Positions 17,548-28,379 are shown, counted from the first letter of the stretch. The stretch: DNA of 47,504 nt from Bacteroidales bacterium (GCA_031551935.1 JAVBMZ010000073.1:1-47504), one strand, 5' to 3'. Notes: generated by a model from the sequence alone, not told the origin. Program-made: numbers and translations.

Positions 17548-18789
17548 ATGCTTTATTCTCTATTTACATACTTAGACAAACAGTTCGATTTTCCGGGCGC
17601 TGGAGTGTTCCAGTACATTTCATTCCGGTCGGCTGCAGCAGTCATTACATCGTTGTTGATAGCTTTATTTTTTGGTAAAAGGATTATACGCTTCTTGCAA
17701 AAGAAACAAGTGGGAGAATCGGTGCGGGATTTAGGATTGGAAGGACAAATGAGTAAACAAGGTACACCGACGATGGGTGGTATCATTATTCTGTTGTCAT
17801 TACTCATTCCCGTATTACTGTTTGGCGACCTTCGAAATATATACATTATCTTAATGATTATCACAACTTTATGGCTTGGATTCATTGGGTTTTTGGATGA
17901 TTATATCAAGGTCTTCAAAAAGGATAAAAAAGGATTACATGGTCGATTCAAAGTTTTGGGACAGATTAGTTTAGGATTAATTGTGGGGCTCACTTTTTAT
18001 TTTTCAGATGATATTGTGGTTCGCGAGCAAATTCCTATAGCACAACCTACTATTATCCAGTCAGCTGATACTCCAGCGCCCGAAAAAGGGTATGTGTTAC
18101 GCGACGTGAAAAGCACTACTACCACCATCCCTTTTGTGAAGGAGAATGAATTTGATTACGCATGGTTGGTAGATTGGATGGGTGTAAAAGCAAAAGATTG
18201 GATATGGCTGGTGATGGTATTGGTCATTATTTTTATTGTGACGGCTGTATCAAATGGCGCTAATATTACCGATGGATTAGACGGCTTAGCGGCGGGGACC
18301 TCGTCTATCATTGGTGTCACCTTGGGTATACTGGCTTATTTATCTGGAAATCTCATCTATGCTGATTATCTGAATATTATGTATATACCCAATACGGGCG
18401 AATTGGTTATTTTTATTAGCGCGTTTATCGGAGCAACGGTCGGGTTCCTATGGTATAATACCTATCCGGCACAGGTTTTTATGGGTGATACAGGAAGCCT
18501 TGCTATTGGCGGTATTATTGCAGTGTTTGCTATTCTCATCCGTAAGGAGTTGCTAATACCTGTGTTGTGTGGAATTTTCCTTGCCGAAAACATTTCTGTG
18601 ATGATGCAGGTGAGTTATTTTAAATATACCAAAAAGAAATATGGCGAAGGAAGGCGTATTTTCCTGATGTCACCATTGCACCATCACTATCAGAAAAAAG
18701 GATACCCCGAACCGAAAATTGTAACTCGATTTTGGATTATCGGTATTATTCTGGCAGTGGTGGCAGTCGCAACATTGAAAGTGAGATAA
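17548..18789 (+). CDS. mraY: Phospho-MurNAc-pentapeptide transferase
   Basis: [34 protein letters not shown]. Confidence 0.97.
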   Translation: MLYSLFTYLDKQFDFPGAGVFQYISFRSAAAVITSLLIALFFGKRIIRFLQKKQVGESVRDLGLEGQMSKQGTPTMGGIIILLSLLIPVLLFGDLRNIYIILMIITTLWLGFIGFLDDYIKVFKKDKKGLHGRFKVLGQISLGLIVGLTFYFSDDIVVREQIPIAQPTIIQSADTPAPEKGYVLRDVKSTTTTIPFVKENEFDYAWLVDWMGVKAKDWIWLVMVLVIIFIVTAVSNGANITDGLDGLAAGTSSIIGVTLGILAYLSGNLIYADYLNIMYIPNTGELVIFISAFIGATVGFLWYNTYPAQVFMGDTGSLAIGGIIAVFAILIRKELLIPVLCGIFLAENISVMMQVSYFKYTKKKYGEGRRIFLMSPLHHHYQKKGYPEPKIVTRFWIIGIILAVVAVATLKVR

Positions 18790-18793
18790 GGCA

Positions 18794-18828
18794 TTTTGGT
18801 TTTTGATTGATGATTGACAATTAAAAAT
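18794..18828. repeat. Degenerate heptamer tract filling the mraY-murD spacer
   Basis: TTTTGGT TTTTGAT TGATGAT TGACAAT TAAAAAT. Confidence 0.45.
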
Positions 18829-20175
18829 ATGAACGAAGCAAACAACCGGATAGTAATACTCGGAGCAGGCGAAAGCGGTGCGGGAGCAGCTGTGTTGGCT
18901 ACCAAGCAGGGATTTGAAGTATTTGTATCGGATTCAGGCGTAGTGAAACCAGAGTATAAGCAACTGTTGGACAAACATCGTATTCTGTACGAAGAAGGCA
19001 TTCATACCATGGAGATGATTCTTTCGGCGAAGGAAGTCATTAAAAGCCCAGGTATTCCCGATTCGGCGTCAGTGATGAAATCCATCATCGGTGCAGGCAT
19101 ACCGGTTATTTCTGAGATTGAATTTGCATCGCGTTACACGCAAGCAAAAAAAATCTGTATTACCGGAAGCAACGGTAAAACCACCACGACTTCACTCGTT
19201 TATTATATGATGCAACATGCAGGTATGAATGTCGGAATGGCTGGAAATGTCGGTAAGAGTTTTGCTTTGCAAGTGGCTGAGGAAGATTATGATTATTATG
19301 TTATCGAGTTGAGTAGCTTTCAGTTGGAAGGAATGTTTCATTTCAAAGCGGATATTGCCATTTTGCTTAATATTACTCCCGATCATCTCGATCGTTACGA
19401 TTATAACTTTCAGTATTACATTGATGCCAAAATGCGGATATTGCAAAACATGACTAAAGATGAATATTTCATTTTTTGCTCAGATGACGAGATCACTATC
19501 CGCGAATTAGAAAATATTGTGTTGGCGGCTCAGGCTTTGCCTTTTTCTACAGAGAGGAAACAATCGCCGGGAGCGTATATCGATAGCGATTATTTGAATA
19601 TAGATTTCGGGGGCAACAACTTTTTCATGCCGGTGAGTGACCTCTCACTTAAAGGACGGCATAATCTATATAATTCCATGGCAGCCGGTATTGCCGGAAG
19701 AGTGTTAGAAATTCGCAAGGAATATATTCGTGAAGCTTTATCGACATTTCCTGGAGTAGAACATCGATTGGAACATGTTTTGAAAATCAGGGATGTAGAA
19801 TATATTAATGACTCGAAGGCTACCAATGTAAACTCAGCTTGGTATGCACTTGAAAGTGTCCAAACACCGGTAGTTTGGATTGCCGGAGGAACAGATAAAG
19901 GTAACGATTACAGCGCATTATTAGACTTGGTAAAAGAAAAAGTCCGGGGAATGATTTGTCTTGGCAAAGATAACAGCAAGTTGGTCGAAAATTTTGGCGG
20001 AATTGTTCCGCAGTATGTGGAAGTGCAATCGATGGCAGATGCTGTGAAAGCGGCGTACAAAATGTCCAAGCCTGGCGATACGGTATTACTTTCTCCTTCT
20101 TGTGCGAGTTTCGATTTATTCAATAATTATGAAGACCGCGGACGTCAATTCAAACAATGCGTGAGAGAGTTGTAA
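18829..20175 (+). CDS. murD: UDP-MurNAc-L-Ala:D-Glu ligase
   Basis: GAGESG, ITGSNGKTTT, ELSSFQL, NDSKATN, LSPSCASFD. Confidence 0.97.
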   Translation: MNEANNRIVILGAGESGAGAAVLATKQGFEVFVSDSGVVKPEYKQLLDKHRILYEEGIHTMEMILSAKEVIKSPGIPDSASVMKSIIGAGIPVISEIEFASRYTQAKKICITGSNGKTTTTSLVYYMMQHAGMNVGMAGNVGKSFALQVAEEDYDYYVIELSSFQLEGMFHFKADIAILLNITPDHLDRYDYNFQYYIDAKMRILQNMTKDEYFIFCSDDEITIRELENIVLAAQALPFSTERKQSPGAYIDSDYLNIDFGGNNFFMPVSDLSLKGRHNLYNSMAAGIAGRVLEIRKEYIREALSTFPGVEHRLEHVLKIRDVEYINDSKATNVNSAWYALESVQTPVVWIAGGTDKGNDYSALLDLVKEKVRGMICLGKDNSKLVENFGGIVPQYVEVQSMADAVKAAYKMSKPGDTVLLSPSCASFDLFNNYEDRGRQFKQCVREL

Positions 20176-20223
20176 AATGCGATTATCGGTTTTAATATTC
20201 TTATTATCAAATATATAAATCTA

Positions 20224-20715
20224 ATGAAAATTCAAATCATACAGCAAAAAATATATGAAATTAGAGGATTTAGAGTAATCCTTGATAGGGATTTGGCGCT
20301 AATGTATGAGGTGACAACTTCTAATTTGAATAAGACTGTAAAACGAAATATGAGTCGTTTTACAGAAGGTTTTATGTTTCAGTTGAATAACGAAGAATTT
20401 AACTTGATATTCCATTTTGGAATATCAAGTTGGGGTGGTAATCGAAAAATACCTTATGCCTTTACAGAGCATGGGGTTGCAATGTTGGCCGGACTATTGA
20501 ATAGCCAAAAGGCCATTGAAATGAACATCCAAATTGTCCGTGCTTTTATACTTCTCAGGCAATATGCTTTAGGGTATGCAGAACTCAATCAAAAGTTAGA
20601 AAGTTTTATGATAGAGACGAATATGCAGTTTAATGAAATTTATCAAGCGCTTACCGAACTTGCCAGTCAAAAAGCATTAGAATCAAAACGCAATCCTGTT
20701 GGGTTCAGAAGATAA
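20224..20715 (+). CDS. ORF6N-domain DNA-binding protein
   Basis: IYEIRGFRVILDRDLA..YEV, VKRN..RF...FMFQL, PYAFTEHGVAML, RNPVGF. Confidence 0.9.
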   Translation: MKIQIIQQKIYEIRGFRVILDRDLALMYEVTTSNLNKTVKRNMSRFTEGFMFQLNNEEFNLIFHFGISSWGGNRKIPYAFTEHGVAMLAGLLNSQKAIEMNIQIVRAFILLRQYALGYAELNQKLESFMIETNMQFNEIYQALTELASQKALESKRNPVGFRR

Positions 20716-20750
20716 AAGTTTAAAGTTAAAATTCGAAAAATCTTAAATCA

Positions 20751-21995
20751 TTGAATTTTTTCAAAAAATATTTCAAAGGTGATCCTGCCATCTGGGCGAT
20801 TATTGTCGGCTTAAGCATTTTTTCACTGCTTGCGGTCTATAGTTCAACAGGGACATTGGCATACCGTTGGCAAGGAGGAAATACTGCGTATTACGTTATA
20901 CGGCATTCCACCTTCTTGGCGATAGCGCTGGCGATCATTTTTGTCGTGCATCAATTTCCTTATAAATACTATGCCCGTATTTCACAATGGCTGTTAATCG
21001 TGGTGATACCATTGTTGTTATTCACACTTTTATTTGGAGTAGACGAAAATGATGCTACACGGCGTATTTCTTTTTTGGGATTGACATTTCAAACTTCCGA
21101 TTTAGCTAAATTGGCACTTATCATGTACTTGGCGCAACGTTTGGCAGTGAAACAAGGACAAATTTTAGATTTCAAGAAAACTTTATTGCCGATGTTTATC
21201 ACCATTGGTATTGTGTGTGCATTGATCATGCCGGCCAACTTCAGTACAGCCTTTTTGCTCTTCGGTGCGTGTATTGTATTGCTGTTTATTGGCCGGACAT
21301 CTTTTAAGCAGTTATCTGGATTATGCGCCATCACCTTGGTAGCGGTTATGTTATTGGTAGGAGCACTGTACGGCTTACAAAAAGCAGGAATGAATAATGT
21401 TATCACGAAACGTGCTACTACGTGGGTAGCTCGTTTTGATCGTTTTACCTCCGATGAACCGGATAGCAATAGCGAACTGGATGAAAATTACCAGGCAACG
21501 CAAGCTAAGATTGCCGTGGGGACGGGAGGCTTCTTCGGGAAAGGACCAGGGAACAGCGTGCAACGGAATTTTCTGCCACATCCTTATTCCGATTTTATTT
21601 TTGCCATCATTCTTGAGGAATACGGTATTGCTGGCGGAGTTGTGATACTTTTCTTATACCTCAACCTGTTGTACCGAACTGTACTGATGGTACGAAAATG
21701 CGAGAAAACTTTTCCGGCTTTTTTAGCCACGGGATTAGCGATAACACTGGTTTTTCAGGCATTAATCAATATGATGGTGGCTGTGGGATTGATACCGGTT
21801 ACCGGACAACCATTACCTTTGATCAGTATGGGTGGTACTTCCATACTGTTCACTGGCGTGTCTTTCGGCATTATATTGGCCATTAGCAGGGAGATGATGC
21901 GACAGGAGGAATTGAAAGCAGCCCGCGAAGCCAAAGAACAACAAGCAGAAGAAGGACAAGAGCAGGAGGTAATAGCGCAACCGTCTCAAACCTAA
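20751..21995 (+). CDS. ftsW: SEDS peptidoglycan polymerase FtsW
   Basis: FQTSDLAK, GKGPGNS, LPHPYSDFIF, PVTGQPLPLISMGGTS. Confidence 0.95.
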   Translation: MNFFKKYFKGDPAIWAIIVGLSIFSLLAVYSSTGTLAYRWQGGNTAYYVIRHSTFLAIALAIIFVVHQFPYKYYARISQWLLIVVIPLLLFTLLFGVDENDATRRISFLGLTFQTSDLAKLALIMYLAQRLAVKQGQILDFKKTLLPMFITIGIVCALIMPANFSTAFLLFGACIVLLFIGRTSFKQLSGLCAITLVAVMLLVGALYGLQKAGMNNVITKRATTWVARFDRFTSDEPDSNSELDENYQATQAKIAVGTGGFFGKGPGNSVQRNFLPHPYSDFIFAIILEEYGIAGGVVILFLYLNLLYRTVLMVRKCEKTFPAFLATGLAITLVFQALINMMVAVGLIPVTGQPLPLISMGGTSILFTGVSFGIILAISREMMRQEELKAAREAKEQQAEEGQEQEVIAQPSQT

Positions 21996-22082
21996 ATATG
22001 TCATGAGTAAACTCGCGTCAATATATTTTGTGTCAGCAATTTGTAAAATTGATATAAAGTAAAAACCATAAAACGTAACATC

Positions 22083-23252
22083 ATGGTAGTACCCATTGAA
22101 TCGGAAAGTAGTACAACATCGGGACAACGTCGCCGTGTCATCATCAGCGGAGGAGGTACGGGAGGTCACATATACCCGGCTATTGCCATAGCCAAGGCTT
22201 TGGTCAGAAAAGATCCTACCATCAAAATACTTTTTGTAGGTGCCGAAGGACGCATGGAGATGGAAAAAATACCCGCTGCAGGGTACAAAATCATCGGACT
22301 TCCCGTGCGGGGTTTCGATCGCAAGAATTGGTTACAAAATATTCCAGTATTATATCGTTTAATTAAAAGCCTGTTTATTGCAAGGGTTATTGTTAAGCGT
22401 TTTCGACCAAATGCTGCCATTGGGGTAGGAGGATATTCCAGTGGTCCGTTGTTGCGGGCAGCAGCCGGCAGAAAGGTGCCTTGCATCATTCAGGAACAAA
22501 ACTCATACGCGGGTGTCACTAACAAGTTGTTGGCTAAAAAAGTAGATAAGATATGTGTGGCCTATGACGGAATGGAGCGTTTTTTTCCAAAAGAAAAGAT
22601 GGTTATTACCGGTAATCCGGTTCGACAGGAATTGGAGCAATGTCCTGTATTGCGCGATCAAAGTTTGTCGTTTTTCGATTTAGACCCTGAGAAGCAAACG
22701 ATACTTGTTTTAGGAGGCAGCCTTGGCGCGAGAACCATCAATCAAAGTGTCGAATCCCAGTTAGATAATGTTCCTGCCAATGTGCAGGTGATTTGGCAAA
22801 CGGGAGCATTATATTATGATGGGGCAAAAGAACGTTTGAAAGACAAGAAGTATCCTAACCTCAAGATATTTGATTTTATCCAGAGGATGGATTTGGCTTA
22901 TGCGGCGGCCGATTTAGTGATTTCGCGTGCCGGAGCGGGAACCATTTCGGAATTAACCATTGTGGGCAAGCCTTGTATCCTTGTTCCGTCGCCCAATGTC
23001 GCTGAAGATCACCAGACGCAGAATGCAATGGCATTGGTGAACAAAAAAGCAGCCATCATGATTAAGGATAACGAAGCGAGGGAAAAATTGATGCTTATTG
23101 CCATAGAAATGGTTCAAAACCCTGAAACTTTAGAACCTCTTGCGGATAATATCCGCAGGTTGGCGCATTATCATTCGGCAGATACTATTGCAGATATTGT
23201 CATACAATTGATGGATGCAAAGAGTACCCGGAAAAAACGTAATATACAGTGA
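22083..23252 (+). CDS. murG: Lipid II GlcNAc transferase
   Basis: GGGTGGHIYP, GGY, EQNS, GNPVR, GGSLGA, SRAGA, DHQ. Confidence 0.97.
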   Translation: MVVPIESESSTTSGQRRRVIISGGGTGGHIYPAIAIAKALVRKDPTIKILFVGAEGRMEMEKIPAAGYKIIGLPVRGFDRKNWLQNIPVLYRLIKSLFIARVIVKRFRPNAAIGVGGYSSGPLLRAAAGRKVPCIIQEQNSYAGVTNKLLAKKVDKICVAYDGMERFFPKEKMVITGNPVRQELEQCPVLRDQSLSFFDLDPEKQTILVLGGSLGARTINQSVESQLDNVPANVQVIWQTGALYYDGAKERLKDKKYPNLKIFDFIQRMDLAYAAADLVISRAGAGTISELTIVGKPCILVPSPNVAEDHQTQNAMALVNKKAAIMIKDNEAREKLMLIAIEMVQNPETLEPLADNIRRLAHYHSADTIADIVIQLMDAKSTRKKRNIQ

Positions 23253-23298
23253 TTTAGTCATATCATTATCATTGGATACATTCATCCAGACATCAAAA

Positions 23299-24681
23299 AT
23301 GTTAAACCAAATACATCAGGTTTATTTTATCGGTATCGGAGGTATCGGTATGAGCGCTTTGGCAAGGTATTTCAAGGTGAAGGGCTATGAGGTTTGCGGT
23401 TACGACCGTACCGAAACTGTGCTCACAAAAAAGTTATGTGCGGAAGGCATTCCGGTACATTATGCCGATGATGTTGCTGCTATTCCATGGTCATATCAGA
23501 CAGCAAAAGAGCAAGTGTTGGTGGTCTATACACCGGCAGTTCCCGACGAACACAGTGAAATGTTGTGGTTCAAAAGCAGAGGTTACCTGATGATGAAACG
23601 TTCTGAAGTGCTCGGTTTGATCTCAAAAGCGAAGAAAACCATTGCTGTGTCCGGAACACATGGTAAAACCACAGTTTCGACCATGATTTCACATTTGTTG
23701 ACTGCCACAGGCATTGGTTGCGATGCCTTTTTGGGTGGTATTTCGAAAAATTACCAAACCAATTTGTTGTTGTCTGCCAATAGTGAATATCTGGTAGCCG
23801 AAGCTGATGAATATGACCGTTCGTTTTTACAGTTGTATCCTTACATTGCTGTGGTGACCGCTACGGATGCCGATCATCTTGACATATATGGTACGCATGA
23901 CCAATTGGAAGAGGCGTTTGCCCAATTTGTATCACAAATAACTCCCGGAGGAATCCTGCTGATGAAGTATGGATTGCATCTTACGGTTCCACAAGGTGTA
24001 CGTGTGTTGACCTATTCGCTGGACAATACGAAAGCTGATTTTCACGCGGAAAACATTTCTATTGACCAAGATCGTTATTCGGTAGATATTTGTACTCCAT
24101 CCGGTACGATTCGTCGTGTACCTATCGGCGTGCCCGGATTGGTTAACGTGGAAAATAGTGTTGCAGCCATTGCTGTGACCTGTTTGCTTGGAGCAGGGGA
24201 AGATAAGATAAAAGCAGGTATTGCCTCCTTTGAAGGTGTACAGCGTCGGTTCGATTATCGTGTCCGTACAGACAAAGTGGTATATATTGACGATTATGCA
24301 CATCATCCGGAGGAGCTGCGTTTCACCATTGACTCTGTCCGTAGCTTGTATCCGCGAAGACGCATTACAGGTATTTTCCAACCGCATTTATATAGCCGTA
24401 CCCGTGATTTTGCCGACGGATTTGCAAAAAGTCTCAGCCTGCTGGATGCTTTGATATTGCTTGATATTTATCCGGCACGTGAAAAGCCTATTGCAGGAGT
24501 CACGTCGCAAATGATATTGGATAAAGTGTCCATTCAGGATAAATGTTTGTGTTCTAAAAACGAACTTATCGACGTTCTTGAGAACAAGAAAATAGACGTG
24601 TTATTGACCATGGGAGCCGGTGACATTGATACGTTGGTACGGCCTATTGAAGAGTGGTTAAAAACAAAAATGGATGAATAG
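23299..24681 (+). CDS. murC: UDP-MurNAc:L-Ala ligase
   Basis: GIGGIGMSALA, GTHGKTT, EADE, DDYAHHP, FQPH, GAGDI; likely start MLNQ. Confidence 0.97.
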   Translation: MLNQIHQVYFIGIGGIGMSALARYFKVKGYEVCGYDRTETVLTKKLCAEGIPVHYADDVAAIPWSYQTAKEQVLVVYTPAVPDEHSEMLWFKSRGYLMMKRSEVLGLISKAKKTIAVSGTHGKTTVSTMISHLLTATGIGCDAFLGGISKNYQTNLLLSANSEYLVAEADEYDRSFLQLYPYIAVVTATDADHLDIYGTHDQLEEAFAQFVSQITPGGILLMKYGLHLTVPQGVRVLTYSLDNTKADFHAENISIDQDRYSVDICTPSGTIRRVPIGVPGLVNVENSVAAIAVTCLLGAGEDKIKAGIASFEGVQRRFDYRVRTDKVVYIDDYAHHPEELRFTIDSVRSLYPRRRITGIFQPHLYSRTRDFADGFAKSLSLLDALILLDIYPAREKPIAGVTSQMILDKVSIQDKCLCSKNELIDVLENKKIDVLLTMGAGDIDTLVRPIEEWLKTKMDE

Positions 24682-24892
24682 TTTATATGTTATTAATATT
24701 GTATTTTTGATATTTCAAATAAATCATTTTGCATATTAATAATATATAAAATAAAATATTAGTAATTGATATAATTAGATGTTTTAAATTAAAAAATAAA
24801 TCTATTATAAATAAATATAATTATTTATTTGTAATAGATGATAATGATGATTATTAATGGGTAATTATATATGTTAATAATAAATTAATATA

Positions 24893-24900
24893 TATATTTG
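24893..24900 (+). promoter_or_regulatory. Bacteroidota -7 promoter box at the end of a very AT-rich spacer
   Basis: TATATTTG ends 19 nt before the ATPase ATG. Confidence 0.5.
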
Positions 24901-24919
24901 TGCCATCTAAATTTGAAAA

Positions 24920-26137
24920 ATGGTACCATTGTCAGTTTTAAAGCAAGTTGCCGACGAGCAGAGATTGAATATCAAACTCCGCGATACAGGCTTGTTGCGT
25001 GAAAAACTGGCCGACTTGCCCGACATCACTTCACGGGCGTTGGTTGTTTCGGGTGTTCGGCAAGGTGGAAAAAGTGTTTTATTGTCCCAATGGTTGACCA
25101 AAAAGCGACAGGATGCTTTTTATCTACATTTTGAAGATTTTAGATTGTCGGATTTTGAATGGTCTGATTTTCAGTCATTAGATATGGTCATTCGTGATTC
25201 ACGTAAACGTGTGTTGTTCTTTGAAGAAATACAGGTGGTAGCATCATGGGAATTGTATGTTGGCAAAAAACTTGACGAGGGATTCTGCGTGGTATGCACC
25301 AATTCGAACGCTTCATGGTTGAATCAGGCTCCGGGAGCAAAATTGGCAGAAAAATACATTTCTAAAGAGCTTTTCCCGTTTTCATATCGCGAATTCCTGC
25401 AATATAAAGTATTAAAAAAAGGCACACATTCACTGGTACAGTACTTGGATCAAGGCGGTTTTCCCGAATATCTTAAGACTGGGAATCCCAATGTGTGGTC
25501 TGCTTTATTTAACGATATCATCCATAGGGATATTATTGTCCGGCATGGTGTCAGGGATGTCAGTTCATTGAAACGTTTGGTATCGTATTTGATGTCGCAT
25601 GTGGGTAATCTTGTCACTGCTTCGAAATTGAAGCAAATTCTTTCTATCAAGACGACGGTGACAGTATTGGAGTATTTTTCATACATAGAACAAACATATT
25701 TAGTCCACTTCCTGCCAAAATTTAGCCATTCGCTGAAGTCTCAAATGATAAACCCCCGGAAGATCTATGTGGTCGATCCGGGATTCATTCGGGTAGCATC
25801 GACATTATTCACAAAGGATAAAGGATATTTGTTGGAGAATTGCATTTATGGGCACCTGAAGCGTACAGGGTACGATTTGTATTATTTTAGTGAAAACGGG
25901 TGCGAATGTGATTTTGTGGTCATGAAAAACGGGCAGGTAAAGCAGTTGGTGCAGGTTTGTTACGAATTGAATCCGGAAAATACGGCCCGTGAGCAGAAGG
26001 GGTTGAAGGCGGCAATGGACTCTTTTGGCGTAGATAAGGGATGGATGGTGACTTTTCGTGATAAAGGCACTTATGCGCAAGGTGAACAACAGGTCAAAAT
26101 AGTACCAGCGTATGAATATTTATTGGAAAATATCTAA
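24920..26137 (+). CDS. AAA_14 + DUF4143 ATP-binding protein
   Basis: GVRQGGKS, FEEIQ, LFPFSYREF, GGFPE, PRKIYVVDPG, LEN, ECDFV, LVQVC. Confidence 0.88.
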   Translation: MVPLSVLKQVADEQRLNIKLRDTGLLREKLADLPDITSRALVVSGVRQGGKSVLLSQWLTKKRQDAFYLHFEDFRLSDFEWSDFQSLDMVIRDSRKRVLFFEEIQVVASWELYVGKKLDEGFCVVCTNSNASWLNQAPGAKLAEKYISKELFPFSYREFLQYKVLKKGTHSLVQYLDQGGFPEYLKTGNPNVWSALFNDIIHRDIIVRHGVRDVSSLKRLVSYLMSHVGNLVTASKLKQILSIKTTVTVLEYFSYIEQTYLVHFLPKFSHSLKSQMINPRKIYVVDPGFIRVASTLFTKDKGYLLENCIYGHLKRTGYDLYYFSENGCECDFVVMKNGQVKQLVQVCYELNPENTAREQKGLKAAMDSFGVDKGWMVTFRDKGTYAQGEQQVKIVPAYEYLLENI

Positions 26138-26926
26138 ATGAAGCGGTTTCTGAACATATTGTTCTGGTTGGCGATGGCAGCTTACTTTTTCTTCGCTTTA
26201 GGATTTGTATCCGACCGTAGGCATGGTTTGATATGTACCGGCGTGGAAGTGGTGGTGACCGATAGCGCACGCAGCCGATTTGTGACTGCGGCTGATATTT
26301 CCCAAATGGTGGACAATCGCACCCAAAAGCTGACGGGTAGACTATTTGATAGCATCAATACACAAAAAATAGAACAGCGTTTGGATGGTTATGCGCCGGT
26401 AAACCGTTCCGAAGTGTACAAAACCATCGACGGGAAGTTGTGTATCAATGTTGAACAGCGTATCCCTGTGTTGCGTATCATGAACCGTTACGGAGAAAGT
26501 TATTATCTTGACGAGCGAGGCGAAGCATTGAAGCATTCAAGCCGTTACAGTGCCCATGTTTTGGTAGCCAATGGCTACATTAATCAGCGTGCGCCAGGGC
26601 AACAAGGCTTTAATGTGTTGAAAGAGGATACGCCACCGGAAAAAAGGAGTATCATACGCGAATTGTTCTATTTGGCGAATTATATCAATGATGATAAGTT
26701 CTGGAAGGCACAAATCCAGCAAGTTTATGTTAATGAAGATGGTGATTTTGAATTGATCCCACGTGTTGGGGCGCACGTAATTGTTTTTGGCGCTTTCGAC
26801 AGGGCGGACGACAAGTTTTCCCGTCTTGAATCGTTGTACCGCAATGGGTTAAATGTGAAAGGATGGAATACATATGATGTTATTAATTTAAAATATGAAG
26901 GGCAAATAGTTTGCACGAGAAGATAG
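26138..26926 (+). CDS. ftsQ: Cell division protein FtsQ
   Basis: N-terminal TM, QRIPVLRI, YYLD, ELIPRVG, INLKYEGQIVCT; upstream of ftsA. Confidence 0.9.
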   Translation: MKRFLNILFWLAMAAYFFFALGFVSDRRHGLICTGVEVVVTDSARSRFVTAADISQMVDNRTQKLTGRLFDSINTQKIEQRLDGYAPVNRSEVYKTIDGKLCINVEQRIPVLRIMNRYGESYYLDERGEALKHSSRYSAHVLVANGYINQRAPGQQGFNVLKEDTPPEKRSIIRELFYLANYINDDKFWKAQIQQVYVNEDGDFELIPRVGAHVIVFGAFDRADDKFSRLESLYRNGLNVKGWNTYDVINLKYEGQIVCTRR

Positions 26927-26996
26927 AATTTGATGAAATAGAGTAGAAGTGATAAAAATATTATAATAGACAAACATATCAATCAATAAAAACAAT

Positions 26997-28379
26997 ATGG
27001 AAAGCATGCCTCAATACGTTGCCGCGATAGATGTCGGCACGACTAAGATTGTAACCCTTCTGGGAAAACGTAACGAGAATAAGAAATTGGAGATCATCGG
27101 GTTTACCCGTTCCGATTCTAAGGGTATCAGGCGCGGCGAAGTGCTGAATCCTGAAGAAGCCTCTAATGTGGTAAGAGATACCATTGTCGATTTACAAAAG
27201 CGCACTGGTGTCATCTTTTCCGAGGTGTTTGTCGGCATTGCCGGACAACACATACGCATCATGAAGAGCCGTAACTATATCAACCGTGCGTCTTATGATG
27301 ATAGCATCACGATAGAAGATATCGAGCAATTGAAAAGGGATGCCAACAATATTGCTTTGGAAGAAGGGAAGGAAATTATCCATATTTTACCTCAAAGCTA
27401 TATTGTGGATAATGAAACAGATATTTTCAACCCGATCGGGATGCTTGGTAAGCGGCTTGAAGCCAACTTTAATATTGTGGTTGGAAACATCGACTCTATC
27501 AAACGTATCAGGAAATGTGTCCACCAAACGGGTTTGACTATCAAAGAAGTGATTCTTGAACCGTTGGCGTCGGCTGATGCTGTCTTGTACGATGAAGAAC
27601 GTGAATCCGGCGTAGCATTGGTAGATCTCGGCGGTGGAACTACCGATGTGGCCATATTTTATGAAAATGTGTTGCGTCATTCTGCGGTGATTCCTTTTGG
27701 AGGTTACGTAGTCACCAAGGATATCAAAGACGCTTGCGGATTGAGCGAACAAGTTGCCGAAGAAGTAAAAGTGCAATTTGGTATGGCGCTTAGTGAAGCG
27801 GCTGAAGAAAACAAAGTGATTGTCATTCCAGCCAAGGTGCCAGGACGTGAGCCGAAAGAAATTTCATTTCGGAATTTGGCGCATATTATCCAATCGCGCA
27901 TGGAAGAAATTATTGATGCCATCATGTTTCATGTCGAAAATTCAGGTTGTGCTGATAAGTTGGGTTCCGGGATTGTCATTACAGGCGGCGGAGCTATGCT
28001 CAAGTACTTGAAGCAATTGTTTCATTACCGGACCGGTTTGGATGTGCGTATTGGTTATCCGGGCGAACATTTGACAGGTGAGTCGGACAATATCAACGAA
28101 CCTTGTTATGCAACCGGGGTCGGTTTGCTGATGAAAGGATTTGAATATATGGACGCACATGAAGATGAATATTGGGAAGCTAAAAAAACACAAGAACTCC
28201 CCGAAAAAGAAATTCCTTTTACCGTCGAAAGGTCAACATCAGAAAATGATGATGTGGATGTCCGTGAAAAATCGAAGCATAAAGAGCCGAAAAAGGAGCG
28301 CAAACCAGGGCGGCTTTCTCTGGAAAAAATCAAAGAGGCTATTGGCGGTTATTTTGATATGCCCGACAGTGAAATGTAA
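26997..28379 (+). CDS. ftsA: Cell division protein FtsA
   Basis: IDVGTTK, LEPLASA, DLGGGTT, ITGGGA; C-terminal amphipathic helix. Confidence 0.97.
   Translation: MESMPQYVAAIDVGTTKIVTLLGKRNENKKLEIIGFTRSDSKGIRRGEVLNPEEASNVVRDTIVDLQKRTGVIFSEVFVGIAGQHIRIMKSRNYINRASYDDSITIEDIEQLKRDANNIALEEGKEIIHILPQSYIVDNETDIFNPIGMLGKRLEANFNIVVGNIDSIKRIRKCVHQTGLTIKEVILEPLASADAVLYDEERESGVALVDLGGGTTDVAIFYENVLRHSAVIPFGGYVVTKDIKDACGLSEQVAEEVKVQFGMALSEAAEENKVIVIPAKVPGREPKEISFRNLAHIIQSRMEEIIDAIMFHVENSGCADKLGSGIVITGGGAMLKYLKQLFHYRTGLDVRIGYPGEHLTGESDNINEPCYATGVGLLMKGFEYMDAHEDEYWEAKKTQELPEKEIPFTVERSTSENDDVDVREKSKHKEPKKERKPGRLSLEKIKEAIGGYFDMPDSEM

Noticed and set aside
15857-18789. Absence of murF (and ddl) from the dcw cluster
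   Set aside because: Normal for Bacteroidota, where these genes lie elsewhere
24682-24919. AT-rich spacer as a replication origin
   Set aside because: No DnaA-box cluster or iterons seen; better explained as the ATPase promoter region
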